A stretch of 63,839 nucleotides of DNA, filler included, from an uncultured Clostridia bacterium (lineage in GTDB: Bacteria; Aerophobota; Aerophobia; Aerophobales; B3-G15): assembly GCA_964482715.1 (NCBI GenBank). It is 5 parts of 5 records of this genome, joined end to end, with 100 filler letters (N's around TTAATTAATTAA, not from the genome) between each part and the next. Parts side by side here need not be neighbours in the genome. Positions count along the whole stretch, not along the records: positions 28,523 to 41,074 come from CAYZYX010000041.1; 4 more parts are not named here. One strand, given 5' to 3'. Within the stretch, counting starts at the first letter, position 1; the number at the start of each line of letters is the position of its first letter. A model generated the notes under the pieces. That model saw nothing but the letters and a program-made list of their open reading frames with translations, was not told where the DNA came from and made no database searches. Both the position numbers and the translations under genes were made by a program. This document shows positions 29,291 through 39,662 of this stretch, in pieces.

Positions 29291-31023
29291 AAAAGCCCTT
29301 TATTTTTTTTAAATTATTTGCCACATATCTTACCATAGTTGTTATTCTTTCAGCTCTTATTTTATTTTTTTCCTTCGGGACAATAAGAAAATTTTACATA
29401 TCCAGATTAACCTCACACTTAGAAAATCTGGCTGTAGCTTTGAGTCTTAGCTTAACCCCACTTATAGAGGAAAACCGCCATCTGGAAATTGGTGAGACGA
29501 TAAAAAAATTGAGGCCTCAGGTGAAAACAAGAATTACGGTTTTGGACTCTCAAGGGCAGGTTCTCACTGATTCTGACCGTGATCTAAAAAACAGGGTAAG
29601 TTACAGCACCTATCCGGAGATAGCTCTTGCTCTCAATGGCAAAACCGGTATAGCTTTGCGGATCGATGATCTGGAAGAGGAAGAGATGCTGCATGTGGCT
29701 TTTCCTGTTAAGAAAGAGGGTGAAGTTATTGGTGTAATCAGAATGAGCCTGCCCTTAAGCGAAATTAATACGCTGTTTCAGCAGGTAAAAAAGGTTATTC
29801 TTTACAGTTTGCTTTTTATAGTTATTGTCATCCTCTCAGGGACCATTTTTCTCTCTCAAAGTCTATCCACGCCAGTAAGACAGCTTATTAATGTCTCACG
29901 AAGAATAGCCTCAGGAGATTTTAGTGTGAGGATTTTTTTTAAGAATAAGGGGGAATTAAAGGAACTTGCCGATAGTTTTAACTCCATGTCCGAAAGATTA
30001 AAATCCACTTTTGGAGAATTATCTAAACGTGAAGAAGAGCTTAAAGGTATTATTTCCAATCTCCAGGATGGTATTTTACTTATAGATGAAAAGGGGAAAA
30101 TTACTCTTTTTAATGAAAGCCTGAAAAAGATGCTTAAAAAAGCAAATATAAAAGGAAAATTCTACTGGGAACTGGTAAGGGAGCCAACTTTTAACGAATT
30201 GATGCGCAAAGTGCAAAAAGACAAAGTAGTTTGTCAGGAAATCACTTTTGAGGAAAGGATTTTTTCATGTACTTTAACCATGCTGCCATCAGGGAGGGAA
30301 GTTTTAGTAGTCTTCAGGGATATAACTGAGCAGAAAAATATAGAAAAACTGAAAAAAGACTTCATCCTGAATGTATCCCATGAACTTAGAACTCCACTTA
30401 CTGCGATACGAGGATTTGTGGAAACTCTGGAGGAAGAAGTGGATGAAAAAGCCAAGTATTACCTGCAGATCATTAAGAGACATACCGACAGATTGATAAA
30501 TATAATTCGTGATTTACTTTTTCTCTCTGAGATTGAAGAGGAAAAGAAACTGCAGATGGAAAAAGTTGACCTGGGCAAGATGATGGAGAAAATTGTTCCT
30601 CTCTTTAAACCGAGACTAACAAGCAAGAATTTAAGTTTAACTCTTGAAGTAGATAGTCATCTCCCACTTATTAAGGGCGACCCTTTTAAACTGGAGCAGG
30701 TTTTTATCAATCTTCTGGATAACGCTGTTAAGTACACCGAACGGGGGGGTATAACTGTTAACATTAAAAAAATAGAAAATGAAGATAAAATTTGCATTAA
30801 AATTCAGGATACAGGAATAGGTATTCCCGGAGAGCATCTTTCTCGTATTTTTGAAAGATTTTACGTGGTGGATAAATCCCGTTCCAGAAGTTCTGGTGGA
30901 ACAGGTTTGGGGTTATCTATTGTTAAGCACATCGTGCTTATGCATAACGGGAGCATAAATGTAAAAAGCATGGTTGGGTCGGGAACTACTTTTACCATTT
31001 TTCTCCCCATCAATCCCTCATAA
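29287..31023 (+). CDS. phoR: PhoR-type sensor histidine kinase (HAMP, PAS, HisKA, HATPase)
   Basis: NVSHELRTPL, NLLDNAVKY, DTGIGI, GGTGLGL. Confidence 0.9.
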   Translation: MKKPFIFFKLFATYLTIVVILSALILFFSFGTIRKFYISRLTSHLENLAVALSLSLTPLIEENRHLEIGETIKKLRPQVKTRITVLDSQGQVLTDSDRDLKNRVSYSTYPEIALALNGKTGIALRIDDLEEEEMLHVAFPVKKEGEVIGVIRMSLPLSEINTLFQQVKKVILYSLLFIVIVILSGTIFLSQSLSTPVRQLINVSRRIASGDFSVRIFFKNKGELKELADSFNSMSERLKSTFGELSKREEELKGIISNLQDGILLIDEKGKITLFNESLKKMLKKANIKGKFYWELVREPTFNELMRKVQKDKVVCQEITFEERIFSCTLTMLPSGREVLVVFRDITEQKNIEKLKKDFILNVSHELRTPLTAIRGFVETLEEEVDEKAKYYLQIIKRHTDRLINIIRDLLFLSEIEEEKKLQMEKVDLGKMMEKIVPLFKPRLTSKNLSLTLEVDSHLPLIKGDPFKLEQVFINLLDNAVKYTERGGITVNIKKIENEDKICIKIQDTGIGIPGEHLSRIFERFYVVDKSRSRSSGGTGLGLSIVKHIVLMHNGSINVKSMVGSGTTFTIFLPINPS

Positions 31024-31032
31024 AAATTTTTC

Positions 31033-31070
31033 TTAATAAAAAATTAACATTTTCTTTATATGATTTAAAT
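31033..31070 (+). promoter_or_regulatory. Pho box-like direct repeats upstream of pstS
   Basis: TTAATA (31033), TTAACA (31044), TTTATA (31055) at an exact 11-bp period, plus TTAAAT (31065). Confidence 0.65.
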
Positions 31071-31109
31071 ATAATTAAATATAATGAGGGTAAAAAGGAG
31101 GATATCCAA

Positions 31110-32156
31110 ATGAAGCGATTGATAGTGGTATGGATAGCGATCATGCTTGTACTAATAGGAGAAGTGTTTTCACTTCAGGCTCAGGAGAGAGAACTTCTTG
31201 GAGCAGGAGCAACTTTCCCTTATCCTTTTTACTCCAAAGCATTTGACTTTTACTACCAGCAATTTGGGGTAAAGGTCAACTATCAGGCCATAGGTTCAGG
31301 AGGTGGTATAAGACAGCTTATTAACAAGACAGTTGATTTTGGAGGAACAGATGCTTTTATGAGTGATGAAGAGATTCAGGTAGAGGGTAACTATATACTC
31401 CATATTCCCACATGTCTTGGAGCTGTTGTAGTTACCTACAACCTCCCCGGACAGCCAATCCTTAAACTAACTCCGGCAGTTTTGGTTGACATTTTTATGG
31501 GGAGGATTAAAAGGTGGAATGATCCTGAAATTGCTGCTTGCAATCCTGACCTTAGTTTGCCTGATATGAACATAATGGTTGTTCATCGTTCGGATGGAAG
31601 TGGAACAACCTATGTTTTCAGCGACTATCTGAGTAAAGTTAGTGTTGAGTGGAGTGAAAAGATAGGAAGGGGAAAGTCTCTTAACTGGCCTGCCGGGCTT
31701 GGAGCCAAAGGAAATCCGGGAGTGGCAGGACTGGTGAAGCAGATTCCTGGTGCTTTTGGCTACGTGGAACTTACCTACGCCCTTCAAAACAAAATGCCTG
31801 TTGCACTTATCCAGAATGCTGCAGGAAACTTCATTCAACCTTCTATTGAATCGGTAAGTCATGCTGCTGATATTGAATTGCCGGAGCATACCAGAGTTTC
31901 TATAACTGATACCCATGCAGAATATGGTTACCCTATAAGTAGTTTTACCTGGATTATATTCTACAAAGAGCAAAACTATGGACAGAGGAAGAGGGAAAAA
32001 GCAGAGGAACTTGTCAAACTTCTATGGTGGCTCGTGCATGAAGGTCAACAATTTACAAAACCTCTTGATTATGCTCCTCTTTCGGAGAGAGCAATTGAAA
32101 AAGCTGAAAAAATAATAAAGTCGGTCACCTATAATGGAGAGCCCGTTCTGCAGTGA
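31110..32156 (+). CDS. pstS: phosphate ABC transporter substrate-binding protein
   Basis: GAGATFP, IGSGGG, HRSDGSGTT, YPISSFTW. Confidence 0.96.
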   Translation: MKRLIVVWIAIMLVLIGEVFSLQAQERELLGAGATFPYPFYSKAFDFYYQQFGVKVNYQAIGSGGGIRQLINKTVDFGGTDAFMSDEEIQVEGNYILHIPTCLGAVVVTYNLPGQPILKLTPAVLVDIFMGRIKRWNDPEIAACNPDLSLPDMNIMVVHRSDGSGTTYVFSDYLSKVSVEWSEKIGRGKSLNWPAGLGAKGNPGVAGLVKQIPGAFGYVELTYALQNKMPVALIQNAAGNFIQPSIESVSHAADIELPEHTRVSITDTHAEYGYPISSFTWIIFYKEQNYGQRKREKAEELVKLLWWLVHEGQQFTKPLDYAPLSERAIEKAEKIIKSVTYNGEPVLQ

Positions 32157-32159
32157 AAA

Positions 32160-33074
32160 ATGTTGAAAGATAAATCCGGATTACTGAGAGTTTGGGGTAA
32201 ATTTGAAAGGTCTGAATTTTTCTTTCGGAAGCTCTTGTTTTTTACTGCTCTTTGTATGGTGATCCTGGTTGTTGCAATTTTTCTTTCTCTTTTGTTAAAC
32301 TCCTTTCCCTCGTTAAAAAAGATGGGGATCGGTTTTGTTTTTGGAAAAACCTGGGATCCGGTATTTAACCAGTTTGGTGCTCTTCCCTTTCTGATTGGAA
32401 CTCTTCTAACCTCCTTTCTGGCTCTTTTAATTTCTATTCCATTTTCTCTTTCTATATCGCTTTTTCTGGGTGAGTATTTTACAAAAGGGATTTTTTCTTC
32501 TATTCTTAAAAGTGCTATAGAGCTTTTAGCAGGAATACCTTCAGTTATTTACGGATTCTGGGCTCTTTTTGTGCTGGTACCTCTTGTTCGAACAATACAG
32601 GTAAAATTGGGAATTTTACCGTATGGTGTGGGAATCTTTACTGCCTCTCTTGTTCTTGCTATTATGATTATACCTTATTCAGCAGCAATTGGAAGAGAAG
32701 TTATCCAGCTTGTTCCCTCTGATTTGAAAGAGGCAGCTTTTTCTCTGGGAGCCACGAGGTTTGAGGTTATAAGAAGGATTGTTCTCCCTTACGCACGTTC
32801 AGGCATAATGGCAGGGATTTTGTTAGCTCTGGGAAGAGCCCTTGGTGAAACAATGGCAGTAACCATGGTTATAGGAAATACAAATGTCATACCCAGGGAT
32901 ATTTTCAGTCCGGCAAATACGATGGCCAGTGTTATCGCCAATGAATTTACTGAAGCTACCGGAGAGATCTACCTTTCTGCACTTGTTGAAATTGGTCTTC
33001 TGCTGTTTGTGGTCACCACAATAATAAACATAATTGGAAGACAAATTGTGAAAAAGATGACCATTGAGGTTTAG
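32160..33074 (+). CDS. pstC: phosphate ABC transporter permease
   Basis: ELLAGIPSVIYGFW, LGRALGETMAV. Confidence 0.95.
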   Translation: MLKDKSGLLRVWGKFERSEFFFRKLLFFTALCMVILVVAIFLSLLLNSFPSLKKMGIGFVFGKTWDPVFNQFGALPFLIGTLLTSFLALLISIPFSLSISLFLGEYFTKGIFSSILKSAIELLAGIPSVIYGFWALFVLVPLVRTIQVKLGILPYGVGIFTASLVLAIMIIPYSAAIGREVIQLVPSDLKEAAFSLGATRFEVIRRIVLPYARSGIMAGILLALGRALGETMAVTMVIGNTNVIPRDIFSPANTMASVIANEFTEATGEIYLSALVEIGLLLFVVTTIINIIGRQIVKKMTIEV

Positions 33075-33076
33075 AC

Positions 33077-33925
33077 ATGACGAAGAATAGAATTTTGGTT
33101 CGTATATTAAAAGACAGAATTTTTTTGGGTTTTGTGCTTTTTTTCTCCTTAGCGTCAATTATTCCTCTTTTTCTCATTGTTTTTTACATAATCAAAAGTG
33201 GTATATCAGCTGTTAACTGGCAATTTTTAACTCATCTTCCTCGACCTGTGGGTGAGGCTGGGGGTGGTATTTCTAATGCTATTGTAGGAACAGCTATTCT
33301 GATATTAATTTCCTGTCTAATTTCTGTTCCCTTAGGAATATTTGCGGGAATCTATCTCTCAGAAAATAGGGAGGGGAAACTTTCTTATTTTACCAGACTG
33401 TGTGTAGAGATTCTTCAGGGAACCCCTTCAATAGTTATCGGTATCATAGCCTATCTCTGGATTGTAGTCCCCATGAAGACCTTTTCCGCCTTTTCAGGAG
33501 GTGTTGCCTTAGGGATAATGATGTTGCCTTTGATTGTCAGGACTACCGAAGAGACACTTAAGCTGGTTCCCAATACCTTGAAGGAGGCTTCCTTAGCCCT
33601 GGGTGTCCCCTATCATCAAACCATATTGAAGGTTATTTTACCGGCGGGCTTAAGTGGTATTTTGACGGGAGTTCTGGTAAGTATAGCAAGAATAGCAGGT
33701 GAAACTGCTCCACTTCTCTTCACCGCCTTTGGCAGTCCTTTTATGAATTTCAATATTTTTAAACCAATCAATGCTTTACCTCTTTTGATTTTCAATTACG
33801 CAACAAGTCCTTATTCTGAATGGCATACCTTAGCCTGGGGTGCTTCATTTATACTGGTTGTGTTTGTATTAATATTAAACGTGATAGCTAAACTGGTGGC
33901 CAGAAAATGGAAAGTCCAATTTTAA
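33077..33925 (+). CDS. pstA: phosphate ABC transporter permease
   Basis: [21 protein letters not shown]. Confidence 0.95.
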   Translation: MTKNRILVRILKDRIFLGFVLFFSLASIIPLFLIVFYIIKSGISAVNWQFLTHLPRPVGEAGGGISNAIVGTAILILISCLISVPLGIFAGIYLSENREGKLSYFTRLCVEILQGTPSIVIGIIAYLWIVVPMKTFSAFSGGVALGIMMLPLIVRTTEETLKLVPNTLKEASLALGVPYHQTILKVILPAGLSGILTGVLVSIARIAGETAPLLFTAFGSPFMNFNIFKPINALPLLIFNYATSPYSEWHTLAWGASFILVVFVLILNVIAKLVARKWKVQF

Positions 33926-34665
33926 AAACAGTAGGCCTTTGTGCCTATTTTGGTCAAAACTGTGTTTTAAAGAACATAAATCTGTCTATTCCACGAAACA
34001 GAGTTACAGCAATTATGGGACCCTCGGGTTGCGGTAAAACTACTCTTATCAGATGTATTAACCGAATGCACGAACTCGTTCCGGATGCCAGAGTGTCAGG
34101 TAAGATATTTCTGGAAGGCGAAGACATTTACAACATGAGCCCCATAATTTTGAGAAGAAAAGTGGGAATGGTTTTTCAAAAACCCAATCCCTTTCCTACT
34201 ATGAACATATATGAGAATGTAATTGCTGGCTACAGGTTAAACGGCATAAAGCTAAGCAAAGATGAACAGGATAGAATTGTTGAGGATTCTTTAAAGAAAG
34301 CAGCTTTGTGGGATGAGGTAAAAAACCATGTTTATAGAAAAGGAACTTTCCTTTCCGGTGGACAGCAACAAAGGCTTTGTATTGCCCGAGCACTTGCCAT
34401 GAACCCGGAAATTCTTTTGCTTGATGAGCCCACCTCAGCCCTGGATCCTAAAGCTACCTCACATATAGAAGAGCTAATAACCAATTTAAAAAAAGATGTC
34501 ACTATTGTGCTTGTCACTCACAATATTGCTCAAGCAGCGAGAGTTTCTGATTTTACCGCCTTTTTGTTTCTTGGGGAGTTGATTGAGTTTGGACCCTCCG
34601 ACAGAGTTTTTACCGTTCCCGAGGATAAACGAACGGAAGAGTATTTAACCGGAAAATTTGGATAG
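33907..34665 (+). CDS. pstB: phosphate ABC transporter ATP-binding protein
   Basis: [43 protein letters not shown]. Confidence 0.96.
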   Translation: MESPILKTVGLCAYFGQNCVLKNINLSIPRNRVTAIMGPSGCGKTTLIRCINRMHELVPDARVSGKIFLEGEDIYNMSPIILRRKVGMVFQKPNPFPTMNIYENVIAGYRLNGIKLSKDEQDRIVEDSLKKAALWDEVKNHVYRKGTFLSGGQQQRLCIARALAMNPEILLLDEPTSALDPKATSHIEELITNLKKDVTIVLVTHNIAQAARVSDFTAFLFLGELIEFGPSDRVFTVPEDKRTEEYLTGKFG

Positions 34666-34673
34666 GAGGTTTT

Positions 34674-35333
34674 ATGCTACAAGAAAGAATAACAAATTTA
34701 AAAAGTGAGCTTATCAATTATGCTGCTCTGGTGGAGCGCATGATTGAAAGAAGTATTGAAGGACTGCTCAAACGAAACAGGAAAGTTCTTCAACAAGTAA
34801 TATTGAAGGATGAACCGAAAGCCAATGACATCGAAATTGATTTAGATGAACACTGCACTTCACTTATCGCTCAATATGAACCACGAGCAAGAGATCTTAG
34901 GACAATCTTGATGATTCTTAAAATGAACAATGATCTGGAACGAATGGGAGACCATGCAGTTAACATTGCTGAAAGTGCTCTTTTTCTTATAGAAAGACCC
35001 GCCGTGAAACCACTTATTGACATACCCAATATGGCACAGGTAACCATGAAGATGCTAAGAGAAGGGATTAATTCCTTTATCAGCGAAAATGCCAGGCTTG
35101 CCAAAGCTGTTTGTGAGAATGACAGCATAGTTGATGGACTACGAGATCAAATATTGAGAGAACTTATCACTTTTATGAGTTCAGATCCTTCCACTATTGA
35201 ACGCTCTATTCATTTGATGAGAATTTCAAGTAATCTGGAGCGTATAGCTGACCTATCCACCAATATCTGTGAAGATGTGATTTTTATGGTTGAAGGAGTG
35301 GTTATAAAGCACCACAAGGACGAAAAATCTTAA
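34674..35333 (+). CDS. phoU: phosphate signalling protein
   Basis: P.ARDLR, DLERMGDHAVNIA, LERIAD..TNICE. Confidence 0.95.
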   Translation: MLQERITNLKSELINYAALVERMIERSIEGLLKRNRKVLQQVILKDEPKANDIEIDLDEHCTSLIAQYEPRARDLRTILMILKMNNDLERMGDHAVNIAESALFLIERPAVKPLIDIPNMAQVTMKMLREGINSFISENARLAKAVCENDSIVDGLRDQILRELITFMSSDPSTIERSIHLMRISSNLERIADLSTNICEDVIFMVEGVVIKHHKDEKS

Positions 35334-35468
35334 AGCAAAAGTTTTAGTCCTGGATAAAAGAAAAAGATAATAAAAATTGTTCCCGGCTCCAATGTAAAAG
35401 GGTTGACGATTAATATTTGTTTACTTTAATAGTAAAGGATATATATTTGTGAAAAAAGAGGAAAACAC

Positions 35469-36014
35469 ATGGACGAGCTTGACGAAAAGTGGGAAAGAGC
35501 GGTAAGAGAAACCAGAATAATTAAATATCGCCTTCGAAACCTTTTAGCTTTTGATTCAACCGAGCTTCCCTACATTTCGTTGGCCCCATCTTCGGTTAAT
35601 TTAGGTGATACTGTTGTCAGGAAAGGTAAAGTTATAGTTCACAGACCTCTTATTATACTACCTCAAGGCCCTTTTGCTCAATTTGAAGGTTTTGATTTTG
35701 AAGAGGATTTCAATTTAACCGGTGAGGATATACGAAGATTTCTTTTAATGAGAGGAATATCTTTTCCAACCTTAAAATACAAAAACGAAACTTACACTCT
35801 TGATATTTTTGAAGGTGAACTGGAAAAGGCCGTTGCTTATTTCTCTGACGAACTGGAAAGAAGAGAAGATGTCCATTCAGGTCTTATTGCCGGGCCTGAA
35901 GATGCCTGGCAATTCTCGGTTTTAATTTACGTTGCCGCAATGGCTGTTAGGTCAGCTTCCAGTGACATTGAACAGATTCTGGGGGAATTGAGAAGAAGAA
36001 AAAAGAAAAGGTAG
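35469..36014 (+). CDS. hypothetical protein
   Basis: 181-aa ORF with RBS (GAGG) and protein-like composition; no motif recognised. Confidence 0.8.
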   Translation: MDELDEKWERAVRETRIIKYRLRNLLAFDSTELPYISLAPSSVNLGDTVVRKGKVIVHRPLIILPQGPFAQFEGFDFEEDFNLTGEDIRRFLLMRGISFPTLKYKNETYTLDIFEGELEKAVAYFSDELERREDVHSGLIAGPEDAWQFSVLIYVAAMAVRSASSDIEQILGELRRRKKKR

Positions 36015-36022
36015 CTCAGGTT

Positions 36023-36370
36023 TTATTCTCCCCGATAAGTTACCCAGCTGGTAGGTGACTCCCAGACTTTCACTTCATAAAGGGGAAGTTCCTTAAGATT
36101 ATTCCATACCCATATAGCTATGTTTTCCGTGGAAGGTTGGGCAAAAAAATCATTTAAATAAGTATGATCTAACTTCTTAATTACCCTTTCTTCCACTATC
36201 TCTTTTAATTTTGTGAAATCAAAAGCTATACCATTTTTCTTCAGAGGTGCCTGAACAGTTACCTGAACTTTCCAGCGATGACCATGTAAATTTTCACATT
36301 TTCCATCATAATTTACAAGTTGATGAGCGGCGTCAAATTCAAATTCTTTAGTAACCAGCATTTTCTTCAT
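36023..36370 (-). CDS. queD: 6-carboxy-5,6,7,8-tetrahydropterin synthase
   Basis: FDAAH, CENLHGH, DF, LDH..LN, PSTENIA, VWESP. Confidence 0.93.
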   Translation of the reverse strand: MKKMLVTKEFEFDAAHQLVNYDGKCENLHGHRWKVQVTVQAPLKKNGIAFDFTKLKEIVEERVIKKLDHTYLNDFFAQPSTENIAIWVWNNLKELPLYEVKVWESPTSWVTYRGE

Positions 36371-37526
36371 TATAGGGAAGCCTGTATATAGCTTTTCCGC
36401 TTACAGGATCAAAGAAAATAGCTCTGTTTAGAGAAAAGGAAAGAGGTAAAACTTCTCCTATCTGTAGTTTTAAAAAAGGGTCGAAAGCAGCAACTACTAT
36501 CTGATTGCCAACCAGGATATAGGCTAAAAGCCGGGAAAGACTCACTCCCGTTGCCTGGACCATCCCCTTAAATTCACAGCTAAAGGGAAAGTTATTCTCT
36601 TCACCTTTTATTTTGATATGTTCAGGACGAATTCCCACAAGGATTTCCTCCCATAGATACCCTTTTTCTTTTAAAATTCCGAAAGCTTCCCTGGGAAGAT
36701 CAATTCTAAAAGGAGGATCTATAAGATATAGCCCCTTTTTATCTTCTTTTAAAACCATCCGGATCAGGTTCATGGGAGGGTCACCCAGAAAGGTGGCGAC
36801 AAATCGGTTGACCGGATTATTGTAAATTTCATCAAAGGTTCCTACCTGCTCAAGTCGCCCCTCTCTCATAATACCCACTCTTTTCGCTACCGATGGAACT
36901 TCGTGCTGGTCATGCGTTACATATATAGTTGTCCGTTGAAGCCTGGTAAGAAGTTGCATCATTTCCAATCGTATTTGCATGCTGGAACGGGGATCTAAAT
37001 TAGCCAGAGGTTCATCCATCAAAAAAACTTTTGCATCCTGCACAATACATCTTCCCAGGGCTACTCTCCTTTTTTGACCTTCAGATAAAGTTTTAGGTTT
37101 TCTTTCCAGCAGATATTCAAACTCATCTCCCAGGATGTGACAGGCAAGTTTAATTTTTTTTCTTATAATATCTTCAGGGAGGTTTCTCATCTTGAGAGAG
37201 AAAGCCAGATTCTTCCTTACACTCATATGAGGATAAAGAGCAAGATTTTGAAAGACCATTCCCACTCGACGATCCTTGGGAGCAACATTGTTAACTTTTT
37301 TTTCATCTATATAGATGTTACCTTCATCTGCCTGTTCCACTCCAGCTATAACCCTTAGAAGGGTACTTTTTCCACATCCTGAAGGTCCAATGATGCAAAA
37401 GACCTCCCCTTCCCTTACATTCAAATGCACATGATCAAGAGCTATTACGACCTCCCCCTTTCCCTTAAAAAGAGAAGCCTGAGTGAAAAACTTCTTGACT
37501 ACCCCTTCTACTCTTACCGTACTCAT
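36348..37526 (-). CDS. MalK/MsmX-type sugar ABC ATP-binding protein
   Basis: GPSGCGKST, MVFQNLALYPHM, LSEGQ (variant signature), DEPLANLD, GIRPEH TOBE; alternative start 37559. Confidence 0.9.
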   Translation of the reverse strand: MSTVRVEGVVKKFFTQASLFKGKGEVVIALDHVHLNVREGEVFCIIGPSGCGKSTLLRVIAGVEQADEGNIYIDEKKVNNVAPKDRRVGMVFQNLALYPHMSVRKNLAFSLKMRNLPEDIIRKKIKLACHILGDEFEYLLERKPKTLSEGQKRRVALGRCIVQDAKVFLMDEPLANLDPRSSMQIRLEMMQLLTRLQRTTIYVTHDQHEVPSVAKRVGIMREGRLEQVGTFDEIYNNPVNRFVATFLGDPPMNLIRMVLKEDKKGLYLIDPPFRIDLPREAFGILKEKGYLWEEILVGIRPEHIKIKGEENNFPFSCEFKGMVQATGVSLSRLLAYILVGNQIVVAAFDPFLKLQIGEVLPLSFSLNRAIFFDPVSGKAIYRLPYNEENAGY

Positions 37527-37586
37527 CTTTCCCTTCAGTTTTTTTCCAAATTTTAGCAAAATTAACCTTTTTCTGCAAGTGAAAAA

Positions 37587-39095
37587 TTAGTCAGAAATCA
37601 CCACTTCATAAAGCTTCCTGGCTATACTCTCGGCAGAATAAACAGTTTCTACTATTTTTTTGTTTCTGAATATAAGCTTCTCTCTTTTCTCTCGGTCAAA
37701 AAGCTTTAAGGTGGCAAGAACGGTGGTTTCATTACTCTCTATAAATTTATCCACAAATTTAGGATTTTTTAACTTTAGAACCTTCAGAAGTCTTTCTTGT
37801 AGTACTTCATCGGGAGAAGGTGAATTCTGTCCGATATCTTTAAAGTCTTTTCCTTCCACTATGAGTGCGGTATAGAGATGGCCAAGTTTCATTCCAGCTG
37901 CTTGAAAATCCGGAGTTATAAAGGGAATATTTCTTCCTATCACGGCTCTATCCACTATCCAGGGTTCGATGTACATAAACCCAAATCCCTCTAAGACGCT
38001 GGTAGTAATAACCAGATCGGCCAATCTATAGAGGTCTCCTATACCGTATTTTATAATCTTCATCGGGTCCTCAGGATCATATTCCCTCTCTAAGGATACA
38101 AGATCATCCAGACCTATGGTTACAGGTAAGTTGTGTTCTCTGGCAAAACCTGTTAATTTTTCTGCATACCTCGCCTCATCTCCCTCATCAGGTTTAATGC
38201 TAACCAGAAGATGAAACCTTCCTTTTAACCTGCAATCCTTTCTTGAACTCTTACCCTCTGCAAGAGCGTTGAAAAAGCAGGTTAAAAAAATTGCCTCTTC
38301 AACATTCTTTCTTCGTATGCACCTTACCGGGTAAAGAATGAACCTGATGGAAGGGTCCAACTTTTCTCTCTCAATTATCTTTGATCTCAGCTCCTGAGTT
38401 CTGTCATCAGGAGGAATGATGGACTTATCAACCGGGTTGGGAATGTAGTATATGTTTTCCTCTTCTATTCCATGTTCAATTAATCTCCATTTATCATTTT
38501 GATTTATAGCGATATATTTTATGTTAGGATAAGCCGGATAAAGGATAGAATGCCAGTTGGGAACTATGTTAAAGCGAGTATGTTGGAACTTTTTTACATT
38601 TTGAAAGTTAGCAGGACGTTGCTGAACAAAATCATGGAAACGGTAAATGAACTTTTTACTATCCTTCACAGACCAGCTATACTGAGTGTAAAGATAAAAG
38701 GCATAGGTGAGTGCAGGATGAATGCCCACTCCAAGATTTTCCGCAATAATAACATCCATGTCAGCTAATTTTTGGAGAAGAATTTCGGCAATGTTTGTTC
38801 CCTGCCACATATAATCGTGTACCTGTTGTTCAGAGACGGATTTTCCAAGTTGTCTAACTGCTGTATGAGGATCAAATTCTTCGACATTTCTGTATTCAAT
38901 CTTTCCGGGAACCGGATTAATGAAATTCTGATAATCAGGAGAGAGCTTTCCGAACAAGGTTACTTTTAGATTTTTTCCTAATTTCAGGAGAGCTTTGACA
39001 TTACGGGAGATCACGGTATTTACACCGTCTTTATAACCTATGCCATAATGGCCTATTCCAAGGTGTAAGCTACGAGGTCTTCTCTTGGAAATCAC
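37587..39095 (-). CDS. GT-B (GT4-like) glycosyltransferase, possibly compatible-solute synthase type
   Basis: N-terminal HY....DGV, YPVRCIRRKNVEEA, TTSVLEGFG...IE. Confidence 0.75.
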   Translation of the reverse strand: MISKRRPRSLHLGIGHYGIGYKDGVNTVISRNVKALLKLGKNLKVTLFGKLSPDYQNFINPVPGKIEYRNVEEFDPHTAVRQLGKSVSEQQVHDYMWQGTNIAEILLQKLADMDVIIAENLGVGIHPALTYAFYLYTQYSWSVKDSKKFIYRFHDFVQQRPANFQNVKKFQHTRFNIVPNWHSILYPAYPNIKYIAINQNDKWRLIEHGIEEENIYYIPNPVDKSIIPPDDRTQELRSKIIEREKLDPSIRFILYPVRCIRRKNVEEAIFLTCFFNALAEGKSSRKDCRLKGRFHLLVSIKPDEGDEARYAEKLTGFAREHNLPVTIGLDDLVSLEREYDPEDPMKIIKYGIGDLYRLADLVITTSVLEGFGFMYIEPWIVDRAVIGRNIPFITPDFQAAGMKLGHLYTALIVEGKDFKDIGQNSPSPDEVLQERLLKVLKLKNPKFVDKFIESNETTVLATLKLFDREKREKLIFRNKKIVETVYSAESIARKLYEVVISD

Positions 39096-39369
39096 TTCTA
39101 CCTTTCTTTTTTATTTTCATTACTTCTTCCAGTGCTCTCTCGGCCCACCTGGTATCTGGAAATTTATCCAGAACTTTTCCAAAAATTTCCAATTTTCGAT
39201 TTTCCTCTTCTTGTTCAAGAGCGTAGTTAAAAAGCTTCTCTGCTTTCCTTTCCTTCCTGTTTAGCTTTTCCTTTGCAGAAGTAGGTATTGTTGTTACTAA
39301 AAATCCCAATGCAAAACCTAAAATTCCTCCCAGCACTAAACCAACAAGAAAACCATCAGGTAATTCCAT
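39070..39369 (-). CDS. small membrane-anchored protein with a TPR-like helical tail
   Basis: Gly-rich TM helix then AEKLFNYAL...VLDKFPDTRWAERA. Confidence 0.7.
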   Translation of the reverse strand: MELPDGFLVGLVLGGILGFALGFLVTTIPTSAKEKLNRKERKAEKLFNYALEQEEENRKLEIFGKVLDKFPDTRWAERALEEVMKIKKKGRSDFQEKTS

Positions 39370-39396
39370 TACTTTAGCCTTTAGGTTTTTAAGAGA

Positions 39397-39507
39397 CTAT
39401 TTCTTTTCCTCTTTCTTTTTCCCAAAGACAGAAATTCTGAAGCCCAAAAGACAAATAACAGCTATTACAAGAGCAATAATGCCTATGACCAGGCTGACAA
39501 TAACCAT
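39397..39507 (-). CDS. 36-aa single-pass membrane protein, not in the ORF track
   Basis: MVIVSLVIGIIALVIAVICLLGFRISVFGKKKEEKK*, preceded by AAGGAGGTGA. Confidence 0.75.
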   Translation of the reverse strand: MVIVSLVIGIIALVIAVICLLGFRISVFGKKKEEKK

Positions 39508-39662
39508 TTGTTTCACCTCCTTAGAAAAAATTTCCACTTTTTAATTATTTTAAAAAAATAAGTTTATTCTGTCAATTTCAACATATTTTTCTTGACAAAT
39601 TTTTTAATTGGTGATAGAAATACTTAAAAATTTTAAAAAAGCATTATACTTTTGAGCCAAAA

